Below are positions 27,101 through 41,149 of a stretch of DNA of 64,000 nt, one piece after another. Location: contig OZ059899.1 of assembly GCA_964057225.1 (NCBI GenBank), positions 19,468,001 to 19,532,000 on the forward strand, given 5' to 3'. The notes under the pieces are model-generated. The model was given only the letters and a program-made list of their open reading frames with translations, had not been told where the DNA came from and made no database searches. Every line of letters starts with the position of its first letter. Positions within the stretch are counted from its first letter, which is position 1. The translations under genes were made by a program, and so were the position numbers. Origin of the DNA: Auanema rhodensis (taxonomy: Eukaryota > Animalia > Nematoda).

Positions 27101-30100
27101 TATAGTGCATTCGATGCGGATTTTAAAGCTGCGTCGATCAATGTTATCAGATTTGCGCTATCTTTAAAATGCACCGAGATATCAACTGTTATAAGTTCAC
27201 ACTTATATCCTCGATTTTCACCCTGAAGAATTAATTTTTTTGTTGAATAACATTGTCCATCGTCTTCGCCTTGAAAAAAGAAATCTAAAAACATCTACTT
27301 TTTGTGAAATTATTTTGAAATTTTTCGGGAAAATTTTTGTCAAAATGTTTTTGGAAGCAATGTTGAGTGTACATGGAAACTCAACATACACTAATACATC
27401 ATTTTCTAAACGATCATAACTAATTTTTGTATTGAGGGTTTCTCAATGTAATATAGTGCATTCGATGCGGATTTTAAAGCTGCGTCGATCAATGTTATCA
27501 GATTTGCGCTATCTTTAAAATGCACCGAGATATCAACTGATATAAGTTCACACTTATAATCTCGATTTTCACCCTGAAGAATTAATTTTTTCGTTGAATA
27601 ACATTGTTCATCGTTTTTGCCTTGAAAAAAGGAATCTAAAAACATCTACTTTTTGTGAAATTATTTTGAAATTTTTAGGCAAAATTTTTGTCAAAATGTT
27701 TTTGAAAGCAATGTTGAGTGTACATGGAAACTCAACATACACTAATGCATCATTTTTCAAACGATCATGACTAATTTTTGTATTGAGCGTTTCTCAATGT
27801 AGTATAATGCACTCGATGCGGAGTTTTAAGCTGCTTCGATCTGTGTTATCAGATTTGCGCTAGCTTAAAAATGCACCGAGATATCAACTGATATAAGTTC
27901 ACACTTATATCCTCGATTTTCACCCTGAAGAATTAATTTTTTCGTTGAATAACATTGTCCATCATCTTCGCCTTGAAAAAGGGAATCTAAAAACGACTAC
28001 TTTTTGTGAAATTATTTCGAAATTTTTAGGTAAAATTTTTGTCAAAATGTTTTTGAAAGCAATGTTGAGTGTACATGGAAACTCAACATACACTAATGCA
28101 TCATTTTTCAAACGATCATGACTAATTTTTGTATTGAGCGTTTCTCAATGTAGTATAATGCACTCGATGCGGATTTTTAAGCTGCGTCGATCTGTGTTAT
28201 CAGATTTGCACTAGCTTAAAAATGAACCGAGATATCAACTGATATAAGTTCACACTTATATCCTCGATTTTCACCCTGAAGAATTAATTTTTTCGTTGAG
28301 TAACATTGTCCATCATCTTCGCCTTGAAAAAAGGAATCTAAAAACAACTACTTTTTGTGAAATTATTTCGAAATTTTTAGGCAAAATTTTTGTCAAAATG
28401 TTTTTGAAAGCAATGTTGAGTGTACATGGAAACTCAACATACACTAATGCATCATTTTTCAAACGATCATGACTAATTTTTGTATTGAGCGTTTCTCAAT
28501 GTAATATAGTGCATTCGATGCGGATTTTTAAGCTGCGTCGATCTATGTTTTCAGATTTGCGCTATCTTTAAAATGCACCGAGATATCAACTGTTATAAGT
28601 TCACACTTATATCCTCGATTTTCACCCTGAAGAATTAATTTTTTTGTTGAATAACATTGTCCATCGTCTTCGCCTTGAAAAAAGAAATCTAAAAACATCT
28701 ACTTTTTGTGAAATTATTTTGAAATTTTTCGGGAAAATTTTTGTCAAAATGTTTTTGGAAGCAATGTTGAGTGTACATGGAAACTCAACATACACTAATA
28801 CATCATTTTCTAAACGATCATAACTAATTTTTGTATTGAGGGTTTCTCAATGTAATATAGTGCATTCGATGCGGATTTTTAAGCTGCGTCGATCTGTGTT
28901 ATCAGATTTGCGCTAGCTTAAAAATGCACCGAGATATCAACTGATATAAGTTCACACTTATATCCTCGATTTTCACCCTGAAGAATTAATTTTTTCGTTG
29001 AATAACATTGTCCATCGTTTTTGCCTTGAAAAAAGAAATCTAAAAACATCTACTTTTTGTGAAATTATTTTGAAATTTTTAGGCAAAATTTTTGTCAAAA
29101 TGTTTTTGAAAGCAATGTTGAGTGTACATGGAAACTCAACATACACTAATGCATCATTTTTCAAACGATCATGACTAATTTTTGTATTGAGCGTTTCTCA
29201 ATGTAGTATAATGCACTCGATGCGGATTTTTAAGCTGCGTCGATCTGTGTTATCAGATTTGCACTAGCTTAAAAATGAACCGAGATATCAACTGATATAA
29301 GTTCACACTTATATCCTCGATTTTCACCCTGAAGAATTAATTTTTTCGTTGAGTAACATTGTCCATCATCTTCGCCTTGAAAAAAGGAATCTAAAAACAA
29401 CTACTTTTTGTGAAATTATTTCGAAATTTTTAGGCAAAATTTTTGTCAAAATGTTTTTGAAAGCAATGTTGAGTGTACATGGAAACTCAACATACACTAA
29501 TGCATCATTTTTCAAACGATCATGACTAATTTTTGTATTGAGCGTTTCTCAATGTAGTATAATGCACTCGATGCGGAGTTTTAAGCTGCTTCGATCTGTG
29601 TTATCAGATTTGCGCTAGCTTAAAAATGCACCGAGATATCAACTGATATAAGTTCACACTTATATCCTCGATTTTCACCCTGAAGAATTAATTTTTTCGT
29701 TGAATAACATTGTCCATCATCTTCGCCTTGAAAAAGGGAATCTAAAAACGACTACTTTTTGTGAAATTATTTCGAAATTTTTAGGTAAAATTTTTGTCAA
29801 AATGTTTTTGAAAGCAATGTTGAGTGTACATGGAAACTCAACATACACTAATGCATCATTTTTCAAACGATCATGACTAATTTTTGTATTGAGCGTTTCT
29901 CAATGTAGTATAATGCACTCGATGCGGATTTTTAAGCTGCGTCGATCTGTGTTATCAGATTTGCACTAGCTTAAAAATGAACCGAGATATCAACTGATAT
30001 AAGTTCACACTTATATCCTCGATTTTCACCCTGAAGAATTAATTTTTTCGTTGAGTAACATTGTCCATCATCTTCGCCTTGAAAAAAGGAATCTAAAAAC

Positions 30101-31986
30101 AACTACTTTTTGTGAAATTATTTCGAAATTTTTAGGCAAAATTTTTGTCAAAATGTTTTTGAAAGCAATGTTGAGTGTACATGGAAACTCAACATACACT
30201 AATGCATCATTTTTCAAACGTCATGACTAATTTTTGTATTGAGCGTTTCTCAATGTAGTATAATGCACTCGATGCGGAGTTTTAAGCTGCTTCGATCTGT
30301 GTTATCAGATTTGCGCTAGCTTAAAAATGCACCGAGATATCAACTGATATAAGTTCACACTTATATCCTCGATTTTCACCCTGAAGAATTAATTTTTTCG
30401 TTGAATAACAATGCCCATCATCTTCGCCTTGAAAAAAGGAACCTAAAAACATCTACTTTTTGTGAAATTATTTTGAAATTTTTAGGCAAAATTTTTGTCA
30501 AAATGTTTTTTAAAGCAATGTTGAGTGTACATGGAAACTCAACATACACTAATGCATCATTTTTCAAACGATCATAACTAATTTTTGTATTGAGGGTTTC
30601 TCAATGTAGTATAATGCACTCGATGCGGATTTTTAAGCTGCGTCGATCTGTGTTATCAGATTTGCGCTAGCTTAAAAATGCACCGAGATATCAACTGATA
30701 TAAGTTCACACTTATATCCTCGATTTTCACCCTGAAGAATTGATTTTTTTGTTGAATAACATTGTCCATCGTCTTCGGCTTGAAAAAAGGAATCTAAAAA
30801 CATCTACTTTTTGTGAAATTATTCTGAAATTTTTAGGGAAAATTTTTGTCAAAATGTTTTTCGAAGCAATGTTGAGTGTACATGGAAACTCAACATACAC
30901 TAATGCATCATTTTTCAAACGATCATAACTAATTTTTGTATTTGGCGTTTCTTAATGTAGTATAGTGCATTCGATGCGGATTTTTAAGCTGCGTCGATCT
31001 GTGTTATCAGATTTGCGCTAGCTTAAAAATGCACCGAGATATCAACTGATATAAGTTCACACTTATATCCTCGATTTTCACCCTGAAGAATTGATTTTTT
31101 TGTTGAATAACATTGTCCATCGTCTTCGCCTTGAAAAAAGGAACCTAAAAACACCTACTTTTTGTGAAATTATTTTGAAATTTTTAGCCAAAATTTTTGT
31201 CAAAATGTTTTTGAAAGCAATGTTGAGTGTACATGGAAACTCAACATACACTAATGCATCATTTTTCAAACGATCATAACTAATTTTTGTATTGAGCGTT
31301 TCTCAATGTAGTATAGTGCATTCGATGCGGATTTTTAAGCTGCGTTGATCTGTGTTATCAGAGTTGCGCTAGCTTAAAAATGCACCGAGATATCAACTGA
31401 TATAAGTTCACACTTATATCCTCGATTTTCACCCTGAAGAATTGATTTTTTTGTTGAATAACATTGTCCATCGTCTTCGGCTTGAAAAAAGGAATCTAAA
31501 AACATCTACTTTTTGTGAAATTATTCTGAAATTTTTAGGGAAAATTTTTGTCAAAATGTTTTTGGAAGCAATGTTGAGTGTACATGGAAACTGAACATAC
31601 ACTAATGCATCATTTTTCAAACGATCATAACTAATTTTTGTATTGAGCGTTTCTCAATGTAGTATAGTGCATTCGATGCGGATTTTTAAGCTGCGTCGAT
31701 CTGTGTTATCAGATTTGCGCTAGCTTAAAAATGCACCGAGATATCAACTGATATAAGTTCACACTTATATCCTCGATTTTCACCCTGAAGAATTAATTTT
31801 TTCGTTGAATAACATTGTCCATCGTGTTCGCCTTGAAAAAAGGAATCTAAAAACATCTACTTTTTGTGAAATTATTTTGAAATTTTTAGGCAAAATTTTT
31901 TGCTCTAGCTTTAAGATTTTTGCTACTACATGCCCTGTGTTTACTGCTCTTCAATTTTTATGAGATTTTTCATCATCTTACAACAA

Positions 31987-31998
31987 ATTCAATTGAAT
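31987..31998. other. 12-bp palindrome ATTCAATTGAAT in the 182-bp monomer (example copy)
   Basis: Perfect palindrome. Some monomers carry the variants ATTCATTTGAAT or ATTCAATTAAAT. Confidence 0.93.
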
Positions 31999-32249
31999 CT
32001 AACATGAAATATTTTTTCGTTTTGAAAAGCATTGAATATCATTGTTCCTTGTAATATTGGATTTGAATATTGCTTCGTTAGTTTTATGATTTTTGCTACT
32101 ACATGTCATGTGTTTACTGCTCTAGCTGGTGTTCACTTTTTATGAGATTTTTCATCATCTTACAACAAATTCAATTGAATCTAACATGAAATATTTTTTC
32201 GTTTTGAAAAGCATTGAATATCATTGTACCTTGTAATATTGGATTTGAT

Positions 32250-34430
32250 TATTGCTTTGTTAGCTTCATGATTTTTGCTACTGTATAGCTTCAGTTTGCT
32301 GCTCTAGCTGGTTTTCAATTTTTATGAGATTTTGCATCATCTTACAACAAATTCAATTAAATCGAACATGAAATGTTTTTTCGTTTTGAAAAGCATTGAA
32401 TATCATTGTTCCTTATAATATTGGATTTGAATATTGCTTCGATAGTTTTATGATTTTTGCTACTACATGTCATGTGTTTACTGCTCTAGCTGGTTTTCAA
32501 TTTTTATGGGATATTTCATCATCTTACAACAAATTCAATTGAATCTAACATGAAATATTTTTTCGTTTTGAAAAGCATTGAATATCATTGTTCCTTATAA
32601 TATTGGATTTGAATATTGCTTCGATAGTTTTATGATTTTTGCTACTACATGTCATGTGTTTACTGCTCTAGCTGGTTTTCAATTTTTATGAGATTTTTCA
32701 TCATCTTACAACAAATTCAATTGAATCTAACATGAGTTATTTTTTCGTTTTGAAAAGCATTGAATATCATTGTTCCTTGTAATATTGGATTTGATTATTG
32801 CTTTGTTAGCTTTATGATTTTTGCTACTGTATAGGTTCAGTTTGCTGCTCTAGCTGGTTTTCAATTTTTATGAGATTTTGCATCATCTTACAACAAATTC
32901 AATTAAATCTAACATGAAATATTTTTTCGTTTTGAAAAGCATTGAATATCATTGTTCCTTATAATATTGGATTTGAATATTGCTTCGTTAGTTTTATGAT
33001 TTTTGCTACTACATGTCATGTGTTTACTGCTCTAGCTGGATTTCAATTTTTATGAGATTTTTCATAATCTTACAACAAATTCAATTGAATCTAACATGAG
33101 TTATTTTTTCGTTTTGAAAAGCATTGAATATCATTGTTCCTTGTAATATTGGATTTGATTATTGCTTTGTTAGCTTTATGATTTTTGCTACTGTGTAGCT
33201 TCAGTTTGCTGCTCTAGCTGGTTTTCAATTTTTATGAGATATTTCATCATCTTACAACAAATTCAATTGAATCTAACATGAAATATTTTTTCGTTTTGAA
33301 AAGCATTGAATATCATTGTTCCTTGTAATATTGGATTTGATTATTGCTTTGTTAGCTTCATGATTTTTGCTACTGTATAGCTTCAGTTTGCTGCTCTAGC
33401 TGGTTTTCAATTTTTATGAGATTTTGCATCATCTTACAACAAATTCAATTAAATCTAACATGAAATGTTTTTTCGTTTTGAAAAGCATTGAATATCATTG
33501 TTCCTTATAATATTGGATTTGAATATTGCTTCGATAGTTTTATGATTTTTGCTACTACATGTCATGTGTTTACTGCTCTAGCTGGTTTTCAATTTTTATG
33601 AGATATTTCATCATCTTACAACAAATTCAATTGAATCTAACATGAAATATTTTTTCGTTTTGAAAAGCATTGAATATCATTGTTCCTTATAATATTGGAT
33701 TTGAATATTGCTTCGATAGTTTTATGATTTTTGCTACTACATGTCATGTGTTTACTGCTCTAGCTGGTTTTCAATTTTTATGAGATTTTTCATCATCTTA
33801 CAACAAATTCAATTGAATCTAACATGAGTTATTTTTTCGTTTTGAAAAGCATTGAATATCATTGTTCCTTGTAATATTGGATTTGATTATTGCTTTGTTA
33901 GCTTTATGATTTTTGCTACTGTATAGCTTCAGTTTGCTGCTCTAGCTGGTTTTCAATTTTTATGAGATTTTGCATCATCTTACAACAAATTCAATTAAAT
34001 CTAACATGAAATATTTTTTCGTTTTGAAAAGCATTGAATATCATTGTTCCTTATAATATTGGATTTGAAAATTGCTTCGTTAGTTTTATGATTTTTGCTA
34101 CTACATGTCATGTGTTTACTGCTCTAGCTGGATTTCAATTTTTATGAGATTTTTCATCATCTTACAACAAATTCAATTGAATCTAACATGAGTTATTTTT
34201 TCGTTTTGAAAAGCATTGAATATCATTGTTCCTTGTAATATTGGATTTGATTATTGCTTTGTTAGCTTTATGATTTTTGCTACTGTGTAGCTTCAGTTTG
34301 CTGCTCTAGCTGGTTTTCAATTTTTATGAGATATTTCATCATCTTACAACAAATTCAATTGAATCTAACATGAAATATTTTTTCGTTTTGAAAAGCATTG
34401 AATATCATTGTTCCTTGTAATATTGGATTT
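32250..34430 (+). repeat. 6-mer higher-order repeat (1092 bp, two copies) in the 182-bp array
   Basis: The subtype order B-A-A-B-A-B' is repeated. The rare AAATGTTTTT occurs at 32371 and 33463. Confidence 0.85.
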
Positions 34431-37000
34431 GATTATTGCTTTGTTAGCTTCATGATTTTTGCTACTGTATAGCTTCAGTTTGCTGCACTAGCTGGTTTTC
34501 AATTTTTATGAGATTTTTCATCATCTTACAAGAAATTCAATTGAATCTCAGATGAAATATTTTTTCGTTTTGAAAAGCATTGAATATCATTGTTTCTTGT
34601 AATAATTGATTTGAATATTGCTTTGTTAGTTTTATGATTTTTGCTACTACATGTCATGTGTTTACTGCTCTAGCTGGATTTCAATTTTTATGAGATTTTT
34701 CATCATCTTACAAGAAATTCAATTGAATCTCAGATGAAATATTTTTTCGTTTTGAAAAGCATTGAATATCATTGTTCCTTGTAATATTGGATTTGAATAT
34801 TGCTTTGTTAGCTTTATGATTTTTGCTACTGTGTAGCTTCAGTTTGCTGCTCTAGCTGGTTTTCAATTTTTATGAGATATTTCATCATCTTACAACAAAT
34901 TCAATTGAATCTAACATGAAATATTTTTTCGTTTTGAAAAGCATTGAATATCATTGTTCCTTGTAATATTGGATTTGATTATTGCTTTGTTAGCTTCATG
35001 ATTTTTGCTACTGTATAGCTTCAGTTTGCTGCACTAGCTGGTTTTCAATTTTTATGAGATTTTTCATCATCTTACAAGAAATTCAATTGAATCTCAGATG
35101 AAATATTTTTTCGTTTTGAAAAGCATTGAATATCATTGTTTCTTGTAATAATTGATTTGAATATTGCTTTGTTAGTTTTATGATTTTTGCTACTATATGT
35201 CATTTGTTTACTGCTCTAGCTGCTGTTCACTTTTTATGAGATTTTTCATCATCTTACAACAAATTCAATTGAATCTAACATGAAATATTTTTTCGTTTTG
35301 AAAAGCATTGAATATCATTGTTCCTTATAATATTGGATTTGAATATTGCTTCGTTAGTTTTATGATTTTTGCTACTACATGTCATGTGTTTACTGCTCTA
35401 GCTGGTTTTCAATTTTTATGAGATTTTTCATCATCTTACAACAAATTCAATTGAATCTAACATGAGTTATTTTTTCGTTTTGAAAAGCATTGAATATCAT
35501 TGTTCCTTGTAATATTGGATTTGATTATTGCTTTGTTAGCTTTATGATTTTTGCTACTGTATAGCTTCAGTTTGCTGCTCTAGCTGGTTTTCAATTTTTA
35601 TGAGATTTTGCATCATCTTACAACAAATTCAATTAAATCTAACATGAAATATTTTTTCGTTTTGAAAAGCATTGAATATCATTGTTCCTTATAATATTGG
35701 ATTTGAATATTGCTTCGATAGTTTTATGATTTTTGCTACTACATGTCATGTGTTTACTGCTCTAGCTGGTTTTCAATTTTTATGAGATTTTTCATCATCT
35801 TACAACAAATTCAATTGAATCTAACATGAGTTATTTTTTCGTTTTGAAAAGCATTGAATATCATTGTTCCTTGTAATATTGGATTTGATTATTGCTTTGT
35901 TAGCTTTATGATTTTTGCTACTGTGTAGCTTCAGTTTGCTGCTCTAGCTGGTTTTCAATTTTTATGAGATATTTCATCATCTTACAACAAATTCAATTGA
36001 ATCTAACATGAAATATTTTTTCGTTTTGAAAAGCATTGAATATCATTGTTCCTTGTAATATTGGATTTGAATATTGCTTTGTTAGCTTTAAGATGTTTGC
36101 TTATGCATAGCTTCAGTTTGCTGCTCTAGCTGGTTTTCACTTTTTATGAGATTTTTCATCATCTTACAACAAATTCATTTGAATCTCATGTGAATTATTT
36201 TTTTTTTTAAAAAAGCATTGAATATCATTGTTCCTTATAATATTGGATTTGAATATTGCTTCGTTAGTTTTATGATTTTTGCTACTGTATAGCTTCAGTT
36301 TGCTGCTCTAGCTGGTTTTCAATTTTTATGAGATTTTTCATCATCTTACAACAAATTCAATTGAATTTAACATGAAATATTTTTTCGTTTTGAAAAGCAT
36401 TGAATATCATTGTTCCTTATAATATTGGATTTGAATATTGCTTCGATAGTTTTATGATTTTTGCTACTACATGTCATGTGTTTACTGCTCTAGCTGGTTT
36501 TCAATTTTTATGAGATTTTTCATCATCTTACAACAAATTCAATTGAATCTAACATGAGTTATTTTTTCGTTTTGAAAAGCATTGAATATCATTGTTCCTT
36601 GTAATATTGGATTTGAATATTGCTTTGTTAGCTTTAAGATGTTTGCTTATGCATAGCTTCAGTTTGCTGCTCTAGCTGGTTTTCACTTTTTATGAGATTT
36701 TTCATCATCTTACAACAAATTCATTTGAATCTCATGTGAATTATTTTTTTTTTTAAAAAAGCATTGAATATCATTGTTCCTTATAATATTGGATTTGAAT
36801 ATTGCTTCGTTAGTTTTATGATTTTTGCTACTGTATAGCTTCAGTTTGCTGCTCTAGCTGGTTTTCAATTTTTATGAGATTTTTCATCATCTTACAACAA
36901 ATTCAATTGAATTTAACATGAAATATTTTTTCGTTTTGAAAAGCATTGAATATCATTGTTCCTTGTAATATTGGATTTGAATATTGCTTTGTTAGCTTTA
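34300..37000 (+). repeat. Two separate 3-mer duplications (546 bp) in the 182-bp array
   Basis: GCACTA at 34485 and 35031; GAATTTAA at 36363 and 36909. Confidence 0.8.
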
Positions 37001-40000
37001 TGATTTTTGCTACTGTATAGCTTCAGTTTGCTGCTCTAGCTGGTTTTCAATTTTTATGAGATTTTTCATCATCTTACAACAAATTCATTTGAATCTAACA
37101 TGAACTATTTTTTCGTTTCAAATAGTAGTGAATATCATTGTTTCTTGTAATATTGGATTTGAATATTGCTTTGTTTGCTTTAAGATTTTTGCTACTACAT
37201 GCCCTGTGTTTACTGCTCTAGCTAGTTTTCAATTTTTATGAGATTTTTCATCATCTTACAACAAATTCATTTGAATCTCATGTGAATTATTTTTTTTTTT
37301 AAAAAAGCATTGAATTTCATTGTTTCTTGTAATGATGGATTTGAATATTGCTTTGTTAGCTTTATGATTTTTGCTACTGTTTAGCTTCAGTTTGCTGCTC
37401 TAGCTGGTTTTCAATTTTTATGAGATTTTTCATCATCTTACAACAAATTCAATTGAATCTAACATGAATTATTTTTTCGTTTTGAAAAGCATTGAATATC
37501 ATTGTTCCTTGTAATATTGGATTTGAATATTGCTTTGTTAGCTTTAAGATGTTTGCTTATGCATAGCTTCAGTTTGCTGCTCTAGCTGGTTTTCACTTTT
37601 TATGAGATTTTTCATCATCTTACAACAAATTCATTTGAATCTCATGTGAATTATTTTTTTTTTTAAAAAAGCATTGAATTTCATTGTTTCTTGTAATATT
37701 GGATTTGAATATTGCTTTGTTAGCTTTAAGATGTTTGCTTATGCATAGCTTCAGTTTGCTGCTCTAGCTGGTTTTCAATTTTTATGAGATTTTTCATCAT
37801 CTTACAACAAATTCAATTGAATCTAACATGAAATATTTTTTCGTTTTGAAAAGCATTGAATATCATTGTTCCTTATAATATTGGATTTGAATATTGCTTC
37901 GTTAGTTTTATGATTTTTGCTACTGTATAGCTTCAGTTTGCTGCTCTAGCTGGTTTTCAATTTTTATGAGATTTTTCATTATCTTACAACAAATTCATTT
38001 GAATCTAACATGAAATATTTTTTCGTTTTGAAAAGCATTGAATATCATTGTTCCTTATAATATTGGATTTGAATATTGCTTCGTTAGTTTTATGATTTTT
38101 GCTACTGTATAGCTTCAGTTTGCTGCTCTAGCTGGTTTTCAATTTTTATGAGATTTTTCATTATCTTACAACAAATTCATTTGAATCTAACATGAAATAT
38201 TTTTTCGTTTTGAAAAGCATTGAATATCATTGTTCCTTGTAATATTGGATTTGAATATTGCTTTGTTAGCTTTATGATTTTTGCTACTGTATAGCTTCAG
38301 TTTGCTGCTCTAGCTGGTTTTCAATTTTTATGAGATTTTTCATCATCTTACAACAAATTCAATTGAATCTAACATGAATTATTTTTTCGTTTTGAAAAGC
38401 ATTGAATATCATTGTTCCTTGTAATATTGGATTTGAATATTGCTTTGTTAGCTTTAAGATGTTTGCTTATGCATAGCTTCAGTTTGCTGCTCTAGCTGGT
38501 TTTCACTTTTTATGAGATTTTTCATCATCTTACAACAAATTCATTTGAATCTCATGTGAATTATTTTTTTTTTTAAAAAAGCATTGAATTTCATTGTTTC
38601 TTGTAATATTGGATTTGAATATTGCTTTGTTAGCTTTATGATTTTTGCTACTGTTTAGCTTCAGTTTGCTGCTCTAGCTGGTTTTCAATTTTTATGAGAT
38701 TTTTCATCATCTTACAACAAATTCAATTGAATCTAACATGAAATATTTTTTCGTTTTGAAAAGCATTGAATATCATTGTTCCTTGTAATATTGGATTTGA
38801 ATATTGCTTTGTTAGCTTTAAGATGTTTGCTTATGCATAGCTTCAGTTTGCTGCTCTAGCTGGTTTTCACTTTTTATGAGATTTTTCATCATCTTACAAC
38901 AAATTCAATTGAATCTCATGTGAATTATTTTTTTTTTTAAAAAAGCATTGAATTTCATTGTTTCTTGTAATGATGGTTTTGAATATTGCTTCGTTAGTTT
39001 TATGATTTTTGCTACTGTATAGCTTCAGTTTGCTGCTCTAGCTGGTTTTCAATTTTTATGAGATTTTTCATCATCTTACAACAAATTCAATTGAATCTAA
39101 CATGAAATATTTTTTCGTTTTGAAAAGCATTGAATATCATTGTTCCTTATAATATTGGATTTGAATATTGCTTCGTTAGTTTTATGATTTTTGCTACTGT
39201 ATAGCTTCAGTTTGCTGCTCTAGCTGGTTTTCAATTTTTATGAGATTTTTCATCATCTTACAACAAATTCATTTGAATCTAACATGAACTATTTTTTCGT
39301 TTCAAATAGTAGTGAATATCATTGTTTCTTGTAATATTGGATTTGAATATTGCTTTGTTTGCTTTAAGATTTTTGCTACTACATGCCCTGTGTTTACTGC
39401 TCTAGCTAGTTTTCAATTTTTATGAGATTTTTCATCATCTTACAACAAATTCATTTGAATCTCATGTGAATTATTTTTTTTTTTAAAAAAGCATTGAATT
39501 TCATTGTTTCTTGTAATGATGGATTTGAATATTGCTTTGTTAGCTTTATGATTTTTGCTACTGTTTAGCTTCAGTTTGCTGCTCTAGCTGGTTTTCAATT
39601 TTTATGAGATTTTTCATCATCTTACAACAAATTCAATTGAATCTAACATGAATTATTTTTTCGTTTTGAAAAGCATTGAATATCATTGTTCCTTGTAATA
39701 TTGGATTTGAATATTGCTTTGTTAGCTTTAAGATGTTTGCTTATGCATAGCTTCAGTTTGCTGCTCTAGCTGGTTTTCACTTTTTATTAGATTTTTCATA
39801 ATCTCACAACAAATTCAATTGAATCTAAGATGAATTATTTTTTCTTTTTAAAAAGCATTGAATATCATTATTTCTTGTAATATTGGATTTGAATATTGCT
39901 TTGTTTGCTTTAAGATTTTTGCTACTACATGCCCTGTGTTTACTGCTCTAGCTAGTTTTCAATTTTTATGAGATTTTTCATCATCTTACAACAAATTCAT

Positions 40001-41119
40001 TTGAATCTCATGTGAATTATTTTTTTTTTTAAAAAAGCATTGAATTTCATTGTTTCTTGTAATGATGGATTTGAATATTGCTTTGTTAGCTTTATGATTT
40101 TTGCTACTGTTTAGCTTCAGTTTGCTGCTCTAGCTGGTTTTCAATTTTTATGAGATTTTTCATCATCTTACAACAAATTCAATTGAATCTAACATGAATT
40201 ATTTTTTCGTTTTGAAAAGCATTGAATATCATTGTTCCTTATAATATTGGATTTGAATATTGCTTCGTTAGCTTTATGATTTTTGCTACTGTATAGCTTC
40301 AGTTTGCTGCTCTAGCTGGTTTTCAATTTTTATGAGATTTTTCATCATCTTACAACAAATTCATTTGAATCTAACATGAAATATTTTTTCGTTTTGAAAA
40401 GCATTGAATATCATTATTTCTTGTAATAATTGATTTGATTATTGCTTTGTTAGCTTTATGATTTTTGCTACTGTATAGCTTCAGTTTGCTGCTCTAGCTG
40501 GTTTTCAATTTTTATTAGATTTTTCACCATCTTGCAACAAATTCATTTGAATCTAATATGAACTATTTTTTCGTTTCAAATAGTAGTGAATATAATTGTT
40601 TCTTGTAATATTGGATTTGAATATTGCTTTGTTTGCTTTAAGATTTTTGCTACTACATGCCCTGTGTTTACTGCTCTAGCTAGTTTTCCATTTTTATGAG
40701 AATAATCGTCCTGTGACAACAAATTCATTTGAATCTAATATGAATTATTTTTTCGTTTTAAAAAGCATTGAATTTCATTGTTTCTTGTAATATTGGATTT
40801 GATTATTTCTTCGTTTGTTTTAAGATTTTGCTTTTGCATAGCTTCAGTGCTCTAGCTGGTTTTCCATTTTTATGAGATTTTTCATCATCTTACAAGAAAT
40901 TCAATTGAATCTAATATGAATTATTTTTTCGTTTTAAAAAGCATTGAATTTCATTGTTTCTTGTAATATTGGATTTGATTATTGCTTCGTTTGTTTTAAG
41001 ATTTTGCTTCTGCATAGCTTCAGTGCTCTAGCTGGTTTTCCATTTTTATGAGATTTTTCATCATCTTGCAACAAATTCATTTGAATCTAATATGAACTAT
41101 TTTTTCGTTTCAAATAGTA

Positions 41120-41149
41120 ATAAAAATAAGAGAAATAAACAAAGCAATA
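41120..41149. other. Orientation-switch (inversion) junction inside the 182-bp satellite
   Basis: The forward monomer stops at CAAATAGTA (41119). It is followed by 17 bp of A-rich filler (ATAAAAATAAGAGAAAT), then AAACAAAGCAATA, then continuous reverse-complement satellite from CGAAGCAATAATCAAATCC. Confidence 0.95.

Larger units (their letters stand above)
1..31900 (+). repeat. 351-bp satellite array, left arm (about 91 monomers, runs off the window start)
   Basis: TGTACATGGAAACTCAACAT recurs at 1, 352, 701, 1050, 1400, 1751 and onward, a period of 349-351 bp. The first monomer is about 32% GC by hand count. The array ends abruptly after GGCAAAATTTTT at 31900. Strand is by convention. Confidence 0.99.
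31901..41119 (+). repeat. 182-bp satellite array, forward orientation (about 51 monomers)
   Basis: TGAGATTT recurs at 31961, 32143, 32325, a period of 182. About 28% GC. Monomer subtypes differ in one segment: CTACATGTCATGTG, CTGTATAGCTTCAG, CTTATGCATAGCTTCAG or CTACATGCCCTGTG. Confidence 0.99.
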
